The notes beneath the pieces are model-generated. The model saw only the letters and a list, made by a program, of their open reading frames with translations. It had not been told where the DNA came from and searched no databases. A DNA stretch of 64,000 nucleotides from Catajapyx aquilonaris (Eukaryota), in the NCBI GenBank assembly GCA_000934665.2, contig KZ537991.1:1-64000 (forward strand). Reading direction: 5' to 3'. A program made the position numbers and the translations under genes. Below are positions 41,101 to 55,400 of the stretch, piece by piece; position 1 is the stretch's first letter; each line of letters starts with the position of its first letter.

Positions 41101-43911
41101 TAATAATGATGATGCAACATATGGTTGCATTAATATTCATAGTGTTGTTCAGCCTCGAGCTGTTTTTTATGCGTTAAGGAAATGGTGCGGTCATTTAATT
41201 CCACTTTTAGCAATCCGACAAAAAAAGAGGTCAGGTTGTTCCCATTTTCATCTGATGCAAATGGGAGGTAGAGACGATGCTTTATTCATGATGGTCACTC
41301 CCCGGGAATTCTGTAAGGGTATGAAAAGCGGTCATTTTGTCTACCTTGGGGAAGAGCAAATCTGCATCATTTAGCATTCTGAGAATGGCAATGTGGCGAA
41401 TAAGAGTCGTTTTTTTCGAGAAAGGAAAATAAAAAAAATTGGGGGTGAATCCTCGACTCTTAATTTCAGGTTTTCCCTGACACACACACCCGGTTCCTCT
41501 TGAAGTTTCAATTGCTTCATGCAGACTCGAGGAGACAGTTTCCCTCCCTCAGGTGTCTCTGAGAGCGCTCGCGGCAGAGACTAAACTTGTGGATTATTTA
41601 GAGGACATCGCCAGATTCCCCCAAGCTTTCTCCCTCCCCTTGCACTTCTCTCAGGGCATAAACGGAGATTTTGGGGGGCCCAGGGAAAGGCGAAACTTTC
41701 AGGCTTCACAGCCACAAGTGAAGTCAGCCTCAACATCTCACCAATTTTTTTTAACGATTCAAAATGAGTTTTACGATTAAAATATTGTCTGGGCCAAATG
41801 GGGTCGCGGCATCCCTGCGACGAAATTTTAACGGTGAGAGACAAGAAAGGAATTGCGACGCATGTAGGGGGTAATTTTCCGTTCTTAAAACTTTGCTCCA
41901 CTGTTTTTAATTGCGAACACGGCTGGTTCTGACATGGGTTGATGAGTGAGGGAAAAATTTTTTAATTGGACACTCACTGCCAGTCTCTGGCTGTTCTTAT
42001 ACATTTTCTCAGATTATCGTGTAATGTCACTTGAATTGTCCACACTCCCTGGGTAGACGACGCATACTTGGCATGTTTACACGCGACCTAATTGTCGTTG
42101 TCTGGCTTCCCCGGTAATCTGCCTACTGCGTGTTTGGTCCTTTCCTGCAACACACTCAGACTAGAGACGCGCAACACACACAGAGTAAGTAGCACTGTAG
42201 CAGTATCCCCCTGACTGTTCCATTACCTTGATTGCGTCTCAGGCCGGTTCCCCAACCTTGTCGCAGTCGCACCTTGATCCGCTTCACTTGGCTTTGTTCA
42301 TCAAGAAGTCCTCTTTCCCTTTTGCCACGTCCCACGCCTAATCATGTTTGGCACAGCTTTGCTACGTGACCAGTCCTACTCGAATACCTAAGACATGTCG
42401 CTTCTTCTTTTTCTTGTGTGTGTCTGAGGGAGACCTGTCAGGCAAAATGGAATTTTTTCTTTGGCGCCGTCACGGGAATCGGAAAGAAGGCTGGCCAGTA
42501 ATTTGAAAATAGCCTTACACTTTCAGGAGAGGCACATTTTATTTTCGGTGAAAGTGGAAAGGACGTAACCAGGTTGGGTCCAGGGGACTTGGGTGGGTTA
42601 TATATATACTGTAAAAGGGCAGGTGGAATACAGAATTTGGTTCATATTTTATGCAGGACGCATATTCAGGAAAAGGGTATGTAGTAGGTGGACGGAAGTG
42701 CCTCAGTTTTTTTTTTCTTCAGTTGAAACCCTCCCACTCTAGCCTTATTTTTTATGTCTGCCTCCCACATTCCTAGGTTTGACTCCATGGATTGTTAATG
42801 TGGCAAGTGACGTGTCTTGGCCATCGCCGCTTAAATTATGCAGGACAGGTAGACGTCACGAGCAATCAGGAATGCGCATCTGGTGATGTCACGGTGGCTA
42901 TTTCTGTACTTCATCAGCCCACACCGCATGATTATAATTGTCCGACGCTGGAAAAACGGACGCACCTAAAATAACCATGTACGTCACCGGATTAATATTT
43001 ACTATTAAAACTTCAATTGCGCTAAAATGTGGCTTAAACACATAACGCCTCTTTTTGTATAGATTAAAAAGACGTTCTGTAACAATCAACAGCAGCTCGT
43101 ATCACAGCATAATGTTCCACTTGTTTTATATTCTCGAACACAAGCTTTAAACTCAATAATAATTTCAGTCTGGCTTTTACAACCCAGCAGCAGATATGGC
43201 AACATGCAAACTCAAGTTTTAAACACCGCCACCGATAAAGCCCACAAATCCCTCCAAAATTATTACCGTCCCCACTCTCTTAAGTGCTGGTAGATTGAAT
43301 TGGTCGCGGGAGATGGCTCATAAGTCTCACATTTTTGCCTATATAGGACTTCCCTCCCCCCCTTTTAAAAAAGAACTCAACTTAAAAAGAACTGTGTAAT
43401 AATGTGTGCATTCGTTCAAGCTATAGCCTTTTAAAAAATCGGGGCTCTGAAATCCTCAAATTTTTTTTGCAATATCTTTCAACGTTAAGCCGATTTCGCA
43501 GACTCCCCGAAAAATTCTCCGCCCTTTAAAAAAAAGTGCTCATTACGATAGGCTCTTTTTTTCCTCCTCCTCCTTCCCCCCCCCCCCCTATTCTGACTAG
43601 AAAATTAGAAAAAAGAGGAGGGTTGGGTAAGGAGGGGGTTACCGCACTGGAGACTTTGTAGTGGTGCTTCTTGGGCGGAGTCACGCTCTTTTGTTCTGCC
43701 ATGCATGAAGAAAGGAGAAGAGACGAGAGAGAAGGGAAGGGGGGGGGGGGATTTTGAACGAAGGGAATCCCTGAAGGGAACTTTTTTCCTCAGGAGAAAG
43801 TCTGCTGCCAGACATGTCCCAATCCTGATTATAAGTTTACATGTTGTAGTAACGAGGCACGTATCATGTTTCAGCAGAAAGGGGCCTCCTGGTATATACG
43901 CAAGAGATGTA

Positions 43912-44099
43912 CAGGGTACTTCATAACGAGTCACAACAAACTTTTTTTTTAAAATATACATGCAAAATGGCGTTTGTCCCTGATCATACCAAACTGAGTC
44001 ACGAAGCTACAAGACCAAAAGTCACCTCTACATAAAGTAATACCTTTTTGCCCATAAGTTTGCTCCAAATGTTTGTAAGCATCCTTACGACACACCCTG
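43912..44099. mobile_element. Degenerate 188-bp mariner-type MITE
   Basis: Left CAGGGTACTTCATAACGAGTCACAACAAAC versus right reverse complement CAGGGTGTGTCGTAAGGATGCTTACAAAC, about two-thirds identity. TA flanks both sides (43910-11, 44100-01). Confidence 0.55.
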
Positions 44100-47000
44100 T
44101 ACTGATTCTAGATGTAAGGAATCCTATCCAACCTTACTTTTTTCTTCTTTTTTTCCAGTTTCCACTGACTAAGAGCCACGTCATGAGGCAAGTTTGCTTT
44201 CAATTCGAGCCTTTATCTCCATGAATATAAAGCGAGCTAATCGGAACTTTGGCGGCAGACTCGTGTACACGAATTAAGAGTGTAACCGTCCTGTGTTTGC
44301 CTCCATCAATTTTGAACCAAGATTTAGGCTCGAGTTTCTCCCCCCCCCCCCCTACCCTTGCAAGTTTGTTCATTCCGCAGGGCGGTGAGGGGGAGGGTTC
44401 CTCATTGATGCCGAGGATATCGGAGGGAAAACAGTACATTTATGCATTTATGAGATGATTTGAAGCGGGCACGACAGCCTGCACGAGCTTGCTACAAGAC
44501 AGACGCAAAATATTGCATCGCCAAACTAGCTTAATCAGCAAAACAGAGAAAATCGTCATGAATAGCCCTCATTGATCTCTCTAGGTGAAGTGAATGCAAT
44601 CTGGATGTCCAACAGTGGCTAGCTGTTTATGCGACCGCTGCTACTTAATTGTTAAAATTTTGATAACGAGTTTGCCAGAGGTGAAGCCACAATTCGACTA
44701 TATAGAAGCGCCCTCCTATTGTGGCGTCTCTGTATATATACTACAACTGACACAACCACAAATCGGTAAGATTTCCGTTCAAAGCTTCTGATGTTTGCCC
44801 GCAGAACACCTAGTTTTGCCGTTTCCCTTTTTTCGCAAAACCTGCTTCTCAACTGATAGTTTCATCAAAGGGAGGTTGATCGAAAATCGAATCGTATATA
44901 TAATCAACTGGGTCCAAAAGCAGAGTATAATTTATCCTCGCCGATTATCCTTTCCACGCAGAGGCGGCCCTTCCAAACGTATATCAACAGATGCAATGAC
45001 AAAATTATACACGCGGCTTGATTTATGACCACGGTCTCGCACACAGGTTGATGCAAAAAAAGGCGTGAAAATACGTCTGCGGGCTACCAATTTACAGTGC
45101 GAATTTTGATTATACTGCAAGCCTCTTTTGAGTTTGCGGCACTTGCACAGGGATCCTGATCTCTCTCTGTGAGCGCAATAAGTGCCTCAGGACGAAAGGA
45201 ACTGTAAGAGTTGATTTAGCAGTGTTACACAATGGTTTTTTTTTTGTGTGGAGGTTGTTGACTACACTCTTGTGATAAAATAACTTTTCTCTCTCTTTAT
45301 AGAGTTCACAAAAGAGTGAAAGTCAGCCTTTGATGTCTGGATATTTTTTACATGTCTGTATTGACATAAAGTTAAGAAAAACATTGTTATGAAATTGTCG
45401 AAATAATGATACTTACATCATTTTGAATGTACCCGTAATAAAATATTCTGTGATGGCTAATTGAACTGAGCATGCTCAATAAAATCATTTTTAAAACACA
45501 TGCCACAATCATCAATATTTTGTTGCAATTTAAAAGTTACTATGCAATTTTCTTTACTGGTATCAAAATTGTTTCGGAGCACCTATTTATTTATTTGCTT
45601 ACTTTTTTATACCACTGACTCTTTCAGGTTTTCAGAAGAATCAACCCTCTCGCCTTTATTCTTACACACTATTTCTCTTCATAGTTTTCTTTATAGTTAT
45701 CGGTAAAATATTGTTCGAATTGTAATAAATTTCCCTCTCAGCAATCCAGTCGATAAAATATAGCCCAATTTTAGTAGAATGAAGCAAGAAAATCTTTCAA
45801 ATTTCAGATAAACACTGGGACGTCAATATCATAATTATAAGAAAATTTCTTATACATTGACGTTCCAATGTTTATCTGAATTTTTGCCAAATATATATCC
45901 GAGAACATTGTCCTTTTCCAGTTATAAATGACACTACACCATTGCCCCCTACGTACCATAACTCTATATCGTTTTCGAACTTTCTGGTGGGGATTATCTG
46001 AGAGCACACTAATAAAGGAAGCGAAACAAGCAGTCGCCCAATTATAATGAAAGGAAGGGTCCGAATAGGAGAAATAATGCATGAATTAGGGGAAACTTAT
46101 TTCCGTCCATTCGGTCCCGCTGTTTGCCTGGTAATGGCGTTTGGTTCGAGTTGATAGAGGAAAACAAATAGAATAACTTTATTTCTGGGGGAGGAGGAAG
46201 ATTTTGTGCTGAGGAGGAACAGTTTTCTTTAATAAGGAATTATATGGAGTGTCGCAGCAGTAATGGAATCAAGACCCTTATCAGAAAGAAAATTGGAATT
46301 GGGGGCCTGAAACGCAATCTTATGGCCTCCCGGAGCTCTCCTCCTTTTTCTGCTTATTACTACGTCATCGCCATATTTCCGGACCAGGTTTTTCTATTAT
46401 GATCAATATTTTGAAAAGGGGAAGGAAAATTATCATTCCCACTGAAACATGGTCTGGAGTCACCAAGACGGCCAGATGCTCCTCAATCCTCGCCTCCCTT
46501 TTAAACTGCAAGTCACATTTGCTTTCTCCTGAAACAGACTCACATTAAGCCTAAACGAGGCTTGATTACAGCTCGAGGTATAAGATACTCTCTCTTTTTT
46601 TTGTTCCTCCCCGGAGAAGCTTCTGGGAGTAAAATAGAGGGTCGAGATAGCTGGTGATTAAATGAATAAACATTGCAAGTACTTTATCAGTCTGCAAGTG
46701 AGATCATCAGGTATAATGAAGGAACATGTCTCTGTCACCGATGACATTTTTTGGGGGGCGGTACTTGGACCAGGTTGAATTAATTATTAATTTTTATCGC
46801 CCAAAGAAGTTTTAAGCAATTACAGAGACCAACATCTAAATTAGCCCCCCCCTGCAATGAAGGATAAGAAAAAGCTGCTGTGAAACAATTAAGGGTCTCG
46901 AGTAATCCCATCCCAAGAGCTTAATAATCCGGGCAGAAAATCGCCACCGGACTTCGATCGGCACTTTCCTCCTCCTCTCTCTGTTTTTTTTCCAGGAAAG

Positions 47001-48222
47001 AGGCGAACAGTAGTGCCAATTTGGGTTATTTTGAACCCACCTACCCCCTCCCCTCCTCTCATTACGATATTGTTGGAATATTATTCCGAGTTCGGGCTTG
47101 GGGGAAATTAGCTTCATCAGCGCCAGATCCGCAGACTCGCAACGTCGGCGCTCCTAAACTTTTTTATCAGGTAAGCAAAAGATCTGGGTTGGGTGGGATG
47201 AGGTGGATGGCAGCCCTCATCCACCCCCCCCCCCCCCTTCTTCCAATCGCAATTGAAACTTCGAGCTTCTGAACCCTTCCGACCCAAAAAGTTGGGGGCG
47301 AATCATTACCCGTTCATTATAACGTTGCAGAGAGAAAGAAAGAAAGAAAAAAAAAACCTTTTAAGTCGAAGAACCCTAGTTAAATATTGGCCATGGTTAG
47401 TAAAAGGGGAACACGCGGCCGAAAATATGGGAATATGCATATGCAAATTTTTTGGGGGAAAAAATTGTGGTCAAATATGCATGAAAGCTATTCCAGAAAA
47501 GGGTGCGTTAAATATGGCAAACCGCTCTTCTGCTATTTATAAAGAGCTACTCTGGCATTTTTTTTTACAACTCTATCAAGTTATGTGAATTATTTAAAAG
47601 GCATGAACACCCCAGGTTGAAAATAATTATTTTGTTTCAAAAATAGTACTCATACAAGCTCATAAAATGATGCTAATTTAAGCAATTGTTAGCTAATTTA
47701 GAATATATTTAAAAGTAGACAAGCAACCACATGAACATGTGTGCAAATTTTTCAAAGAGCAAATCGAATTGGCCCACAACAGTTTGAACACTTTTTTATT
47801 CAAACAGGCAAGTACTATACTTGGTTGACCTGTATTAAAACATGGATTAATTGCGATTGTACTTATAGTTCAAGGAAATCTACTTGAGGTGTACCTTGCC
47901 CCCCTTTCTTCCTTCCCTCTCTCCCTACCTTTCAAACCGCACCCTCCCTAACTTCCGATACGGCGGATCTCATTCCCAGAATTAATTAGCTTGGAAATCG
48001 GGTTAAATTAGCTTAATTGATTAATTTTCCCGAGCTAATAATTCCACCTGATTTTCCCTATATACACCAGCAAACCCAATCCTTCTCTACTTTTTAATCA
48101 GCAATTTTCACCTTCTGTCATTCCCATCACTACATATCCGCGGATGGTTTGCAACAATTGCTTGTTTAACACTATTGTTTCGTACTATATGTGTGTACTT
48201 ATAGGAATGTTTTCAGCTTAAT

Positions 48223-48304
48223 GTCCGGTTGCACCATCACCAGAAAGCAGCCAGAAAACCATTTTCCAGCTGAAAAAAAGTTTTCTGGCGGTGGTGCAAC
48301 AGCC
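48223..48304. mobile_element. Approx. 80-bp foldback element, probable PIF/Harbinger-like MITE
   Basis: GTTGCACCATCACCAGAAA pairs with TTTCTGGCGGTGGTGCAAC. Ends are GTCC.../...AGCC, with TAA close to the left end and TTA at the right, like the TWA targets of Harbinger elements. Confidence 0.5.
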
Positions 48305-51300
48305 TTAGAATGGCAACATTGTTGATATTGTTGGGGGGTCATTGTTGCCTAGTGTGACATCAGGATTATGCTAAGAATGAATTCATTGTGGACACATCTC
48401 TTTGGTCAATCCGGCTTGTGAATTCTGTCAGTTTTGCAAGTACGAGGCGCGACACGATTATCCGGAGAGCTCACTCCTTCATGCAAATAGAATAATGAGA
48501 AGGGGGGGGGGGGTCCATGTCCCAAAAAAGGGAAGGGAGGTATGGGGGGGGGGCATCGTCTGATGAACGCTGCCAATGTGGTCCATTTTGCTGATGTCTA
48601 CCCCACCCGGGAGCAGCGATAATTTCCTCCCATCCCCCAACGTTCCAAACTAATATCCTAAGCAACACACACTGCTCATTTACATAATAATAAAGAGTGA
48701 GAGCTCCAGTTGTGTGTGTGTGTGTGTCCCCTCCCAGTATGGTTTTGTCCGGAGACTCATGTGCGTTATGGGGAGGCCATCATAAAGAGGCCAGTTTGTC
48801 CGGTTACAAGTTGGACGTGTAGTCAGTTGTGTGTCGTGTGAGAGCTGTGAATAAATTAAGCTCCGGACATGTTTAGTGTGGGGTGAAGTGAGGAAGGGTT
48901 ATCGGTAGCAGGGTATTCCCTATCCGGAACATTTTGTTCCGGTGGACTCCACCCCCCAATGTTCTCTCTCGGAAAAAAAATAGAGGGTTCAAAGTGACGC
49001 ACGTGGGTGCAGTACAAGCACCGTATGCCTGCAGGGCAGAGTGACTAATTAACAAAGGGTGGGGAGAGGGGGGGACTCGTACAGGTTGAGAGGACCATTT
49101 CATATTACTGAACAGTTTATTAATTATGGCGATGATGTAATTGAAATTAACAGTTGGGGAATTTAAAACAGCGGATGTTTAGCGCTCGAATAAATCGGAA
49201 GCTATTCATAAATAAACTTGTTTGTGGCTTGATTTTATGAAAATTCGCCTCTATGCTAATTAATTGAGAGCAAATTACTGCCTGAACTGTTTCTGTTGTT
49301 CTGATTGGAGTCCTGCACACAACTTCTGAATCACCACCTATGTGCATTTTCATGTCTTTAACATGAATCTGGTCCCCTTTTCCTTCAGGGGGCCCCTAAC
49401 CGTGAGGGTGACGTCATACGTGACTTAATTAACTGTCAGCTGTGTAACGTGCACCCCCAACTCCCTAATGAGCTTTCTTCACATCCCACACATGATGTGG
49501 ATGTAAAGTTTCCTGTGTGGAAACAGATAGTCAGTCAAGAGATGGAAAAAGGAGGGGGGGATCGTGTTGTGTGTTGCGTAGGGGACAGAATGGTCATGCA
49601 CTTAGGGGACTATCAGTGGGTGGTAAGGGGAGGCACAAACCCACCCCATGTAATGACTCACATCACGTGATTACCACCTTGAGTAATAACCTCTGCTCCG
49701 GAAACCTTGTCTTGAGAGAGAGAAGAGAGAGTCTGGGGCTATATATGCTGGCAAGGGGACAGTTTGAGCTGATTCCCGGAGCCCTCGGAATTAGATTTTC
49801 CTCGTTAGTGCTCTGAGCAATCGTAAGAGTAATTGAGCCTTTGTGCTACCTCTAGTATGTTAGTGCTGGGCTAAGTTTGCTCGCACACGCTCTCAGATTG
49901 CTCATTACCTGTCCCACCCACAATGGAGCCCACCGACACCTTTCGCTCTCTAATGACAGTTGCTTGTTAGGCAGGGGGACACACCCTCAGGGCAGCAGCA
50001 ACAGAGCGGTACAAAGACCAACCGTGTCGTCATCAGTGCACATGCAGTGCATGCAAACTTGCCAATTAGAGTCGACCACATTTAAGAAATCGCGCAATTG
50101 ATGCACGGTTGAAAAATATATAGCATGCGAATATGGATGTCAAAAGTATGCGGTCAGAATGCACTGACGCTATAACCTGACGGGTGAGGTCTGCAGGATA
50201 ACAGCAGTGTAATTGCACTGCGCCAAAAGTCGAGCTGATTTTAATTAGCAATAGTTTGTAGCTCATTAGGTCCAGTTAGGGATGATAAATTGGTGGAATT
50301 CGAAAGACATTCTTGGAAATGAAACCGGGCGTAAATGCAAAATATGTTGGCATGTAAATATTGGTACAACAACCTATAGAGAGAGCGTGTTCCAATTGCG
50401 GTTCGCGATATTTTGGCACTAAACCCTCATTTTTAAGCAATTAACTTTCCAACACTTCATTTAACTCATGTCAAAAATTATGTTGAATGCAATAAACAAC
50501 TTTAACTTCTTCATGATGATTTTGGCTGTAATTATGTGCCTAAAGAGTAAGTAGTTTAAACTAGTTCGTGATGTCCAGATATGTTAATTCAACGTAGCAT
50601 TAGCAGTTAACTCAATGTCACATTAAATTGCCAATAGCCGAGTGACCATTTTTGTTAAAAATTAAACAGTTTTTAGACATAAAATTAATATTAAAGTGGA
50701 TATGGTAGTTCTACTGCACAGATCTGCTTTAGTCTACTACAGTACATATAACATAGGAAAAGTCAGCTGCAGAGATATTATGTTACGTGAAATATGTACA
50801 ACGTAGCTACTTTCACTGTTGAGTCCCCTCAAGTGTAACTGTCAAAATGCACTTCAGAAGCTTGCAGAGGTAATAGGTATATCATGCATAAGATATAGGC
50901 ACTTCCTGAGCCAGTGAAGTATACAGTCGAGTTCTTCCTTTTAGTCTTTAAATCATGCCTGCTAGCACAACTCGACACAAAAAAATATGCATTCTTGCAA
51001 GTCGCAGTTTCCAAGTTTGAAACAGGCCATTAAAATTAATGCCAGCGTATGTCCTGCGAACTGCTCATGGAAACATCTTAATAACATAGTAACAAAATAA
51101 CAATCTTGACATTATTATGCACCTTGTTAAACACTTTTTCTAGTCAAAATATCGCCAATCTCAAACTTTTTAAAAGTGTTAAGGGCCACTCACACAGCTG
51201 CATTTCTCAAGATATCTGCGTATGACAACTCTTTTTTTTTAACAATGGTCAAACAAGGTTCAAGAATATCCTGAGAGACGAGCAATATGCCTGCCATACA

Positions 51301-52226
51301 AGCGCAAGGGTTGCGTGCATTCCAGGATATCCATGACTTCGGAACATTCCTAATTTTTTGGGTCCAACCCAATGCAAATCAGGCTGACCTTGCCATAAAA
51401 ACCTCGGGGCACAGACCTGGTGACATTTCGTCAATAACCTTCCTTCCCCTAGCTCCCTCCTTTCCAGACACCAATAATGAGAATCTCACGTGAAGGCAGC
51501 GAGGTGGGGGGAGACCATTATCGTGCCAGTAAGTGGAAAAACCCCTAAGGTTTTAAAGGAAAAGGCTCGTAGCTTACACATTTTGGAAACCATGCAAATA
51601 GCAGGGTTTGTTATCATTATGTTTTTTTCTCCCCCTTTTCTTTCTCGGGGGTGGTCCACAGCCGGACCTAACCTTTACCCACAGGAATTAGTGCATGTGT
51701 GCACGGAATGGGACAGCTCGGGGATCACATCAGGAAAAAATGGAGGCCAGCTGACACTTCACATAGAGGTGAAGGGGAGAGACACAGAACTGCGGGAGAG
51801 CCAATGAAAAAAAGCCTTATTTTTCTTCACCCCTCTTCCCCCTTACACCAAGGGATATTATCTGCCATGGCGATAAATTGCAATTCGATGCTGGCGACAA
51901 AAGCCTCGGCATCCTGAATCAGGAGAAATAATGAACGCGGGCCTTCAGAAATGGGAAAAAATTGAACCAAGAATCTACGCAATATGTGGCCGTCACAGAT
52001 GCGTTTTGCCATCGAATTATTCAAATGACGTCACTTCAACTTGATGATAACGAATTGCCTGAAAATGTATCGATATAAGGTAAAATCTGCAGAAAATGTG
52101 AGACATAAATTTATTCTCTGAAGATCTGTAAGTTATGTACCGACAAGGTGGTGGTATTTTGTGATAAGCAAATACCGAGTACAAATCAGTACTATTGACG
52201 GTACATGAATCGGTACATGACATTTT

Positions 52227-52466
52227 CAAGTCAGTACATCTACACGATGTACTGTCCACAGGTCAGTACATCCACACAATGTACTGCCCACAAGTCAGTA
52301 CATCCACACAATGTGCTGTCCACAAGTCAGTACATCCACACAATGTGCTGTCCACAAGTCAGTACATCCACACAATGTGCTGTCCACAAGTCAGTACATC
52401 CACACAATGTGCTGTCCACAAGTCAGTACGGTACATCTACACAATGTACTGTCCACAAGTCAGTAC
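52227..52466. repeat. 32-bp minisatellite, about 7.3 copies (CAAGTCAGTACATCCACACAATGTGCTGTCCA)
   Basis: Units start at 52227, 52259, 52291, 52323, 52355, 52387, 52419 (5-bp insertion) and 52456 (partial). Central copies are identical and outer copies diverged. It explains the repetitive ORFs at 52195-52595. Confidence 0.97.
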
Positions 52467-55400
52467 TGCAGAAGTTATTTGTTGATCACAAAATACTGTA
52501 CCATCTCCGGAATCGGTACATGGATTAGAGTGTACAGAATCTCGAAGGGTATGCAACCTTATACATCAGCTAGAGTGCACGTGGAGGTTTCCTAGGGCCA
52601 AAGATTGACATGGCGAAGGACACCGCATCTCACCTGCTAACCTTCCTAATCCGGGCAACACCCTCGGACTCCTTTATCATCCGGATTGACGGCTCCTAAT
52701 TCGATTAAGCATCGGAAAGGGAGCCGGAGAAAAAGGGGCCCCGCCTCCTCGCCTGTGACCTCTGACCTTTTGTCTCACGGAATGAATATCTCCCCCCTCT
52801 CCCCACTCCCCCTCCCTTAGCCATGCCCTTATATTACCAGGACTGGCAGTCTGGAGGACTCTTTTATGCCGGAGGGGGCAACACACAAAAAAGAGGGACG
52901 TGATTAATCGGCATCCCTGCGCTTTCCATGTTGAGATGTGCCATGTATATACTTCTGTGATAAGCCTCTCGTATATAACAGCAGGTGAAGAAGAAGAAGA
53001 CGGGAGGGGGACGAAACGAAGATAAAGAAAGGAAAAAGGTTCCCATTGTCACTTGTATGAATCACTGCGTGAAAAGTGCGAAACGCTCCCCCCTCCCCCC
53101 CATCTTTTAATATACTTACACCAGTCGCAATTTCCGTCGAGAACTTAACTTATTGCATTTAATTTTGCTGACGTTTATTGCTGCGGAGATGCCGTCAACA
53201 GGGGATGTATTCTTTAGAAAATTATGCGCGGATGAAACATATAGGGTGCCAGGTTCCCATTTCAAAGGGGAGAAGGAGAAGGTAGTTAACATGTGTATCT
53301 GAAGAAACCGGTTTATTTTATTGAAATGATGCAGAATTTTGGGCCATCTTGTACAACCATGGCCTAAGGTGGGATATATGACTTGAATGAAAAAAAAAAG
53401 TTTTGGAGTTGGAAACTGTTCAGTGCCTGAGGCATGCAGTTTCTTAGAGCAGATGATGGGATTTATCCTGGATGTATAAAGATCCTCCTGTTTGGGTTAT
53501 AACGTTTCACTCTGGCACCACTCGCACTTTTTTCTCTCTATATCTCTCTTTCCTTCACTTCCCCACCTGAATTTTCATGACCTGGTTGCAACGGGGAAAA
53601 AAATACACCAGGTAAAGGTTCTAAAAGCGTGTTTTGGCCGAGATATATTCCCTGGTCGGTTCGATGGGAGAGGGAAGTAAATTTGCGAAGATGGAAGATA
53701 CGGGAAGGTTATGGGATCTTCGTGTAACAGGATTTTTTCTGCAGGTGCCATTTTTATCCGGGATGGGAAGGAATCAGAATTTTGGTATAAATTCGCAGTG
53801 AGCTTCGGGGCTCGGAATATGCAGTCAATGGTAAGCTAACTTTTTAAAAGTGGCAACGCTATTTAAATATATGGCAACATAAACACTGCCCCAGATTTAG
53901 ATTAATTGAATATAAGAAACAACGGAGTAATTAATGTACTCATCGGCAATATAACCAGCAAGATATACATATTCACATGGGTGACATTAACGTGCTATTA
54001 ACTCCACAATAAACCCTAAATTGCCAAAATTAACTACTACCAATTTGCGTTATAAATTCCCAAGAAGAGGTCGTTATCCGTGCATATTTGACGTGAGATC
54101 TGATATAATTCCAACACTGATAGATCCATACAGTACTCAATCTAATAACCTTTTTATCATGACCTTACAGTACCTAATTACGAACTCCATATTGACATGG
54201 AGCATAACCGGGGGCTCTATTAGTAAAACCTTGTGTCATTCAACTTTTTAATACAGAATATCGGCGCAATATTGCGGACACGATCTCGCTGCCATTAAAA
54301 AAAAAAGTTTAATGTCAAAAAATACGGGGGATATCCACCCCCATATTTACCACCCCGATTTCGAGGAAAAGAATTTCATTACTGCAAAAAGACATAAAAC
54401 TCATATTACACAGCCACAATGACATGGCTGAAGTGGCATAAAAAAGAGAGAGAATCAAAAGCCGAGGACTTTTCATTTCAAAAAATTTCTCAAGTTACGT
54501 ATCATAATTTTTTCCCCCTTTTCTTTTACTGGCTTGCAAAAAAAAAGAAAATAGCAAGAGATGTGTAAGGGCTTTTTCCCAAGCCTGTATAGTGGACTTG
54601 GCGTGATTGGGTTGCATGTTTCAGTCGTGTCTCCTGAGAGATGGCCCCGTTGCATATATATATCCTTTCGCTGAATAACTGGGCGCGATAATCTTAATTC
54701 GCCTTGAATTATATTTTGCGCTCTTTGGGCATAAATTGCACCAGTCCTCCATACATTTCTGAGCCTTGCGGGAGGGGAAAGAAGATATAGCCGACCACCT
54801 CGCATGTTGAAGCTTCACCAAACCAGAAAAGTGTGAAAGGAGACCAAGATTTGCAGCTCTTCTAATTTTAGCATCAACGCATGCACATACGAAAAAAGAC
54901 ATAAAACTATAGCAGGTGGTCCCAGCACAAATTAATTGAAAAATAAATGCGCGCAAATGCAATCAATAATTTGGAGTTAGGCTGATATGATCTGTCTTTA
55001 TTCATTGAACTTTCTTGCCTCTGTTTATCAAGTTGGTGGGCCAAATGCCTCTGGTTGGCGGCGCAATCAGGCCCCCAAATTTTGTTCGATGGGCGATAGA
55101 TCAACATTAGCCCCTCCCCACCGATTTTTTTTTTCTTTTTCAAACCCGCAAAAACCCGATACTCCTCCAGAGGACTGATAGTGGAAAGACTCGACGAAGA
55201 AGTCCGGAATCCTCCCCACCCAGCACCCACCCTCAGCCCCTTACATTTCGGGGGTGGGGGTCTCCTGCGATTATTATCGATCGATAGATGATCGATGGCC
55301 AAACAGGGCTTCCCCTCAGGGGGGGCCAGATTGGGAACTCATTAGTTCCTATACAGTTCGGAACCAGGAACGAAAAGAAAACCCAGAGTCGATACAGTTT

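Noticed and set aside
42892..42926. Minus-strand CTGATGA-AGTACA-GAAA resembling a hammerhead ribozyme core; the plus strand also shares 13 nt with miR-305 as I recall it
   Set aside because: There is no stem II pairing and no stem III before a cleavage triplet. The miRNA match is partial and lacks the 5' and 3' ends.
52227..52466. CRISPR-like array with a 32-bp period
   Set aside because: Units are contiguous with no unique spacers, there are no cas genes, and the context is eukaryotic; it is a minisatellite.
53745..53830. Candidate 86-bp plus-strand exon (CTGCAG|...ATG|GTAAGC)
   Set aside because: Splice-like signals around a short open frame are expected by chance, and there is no partner exon or homology.
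55275..55286. TATCGATCGATA palindrome resembling DRE promoter elements
   Set aside because: It is not an exact TATCGATA and has no supporting core-promoter context.
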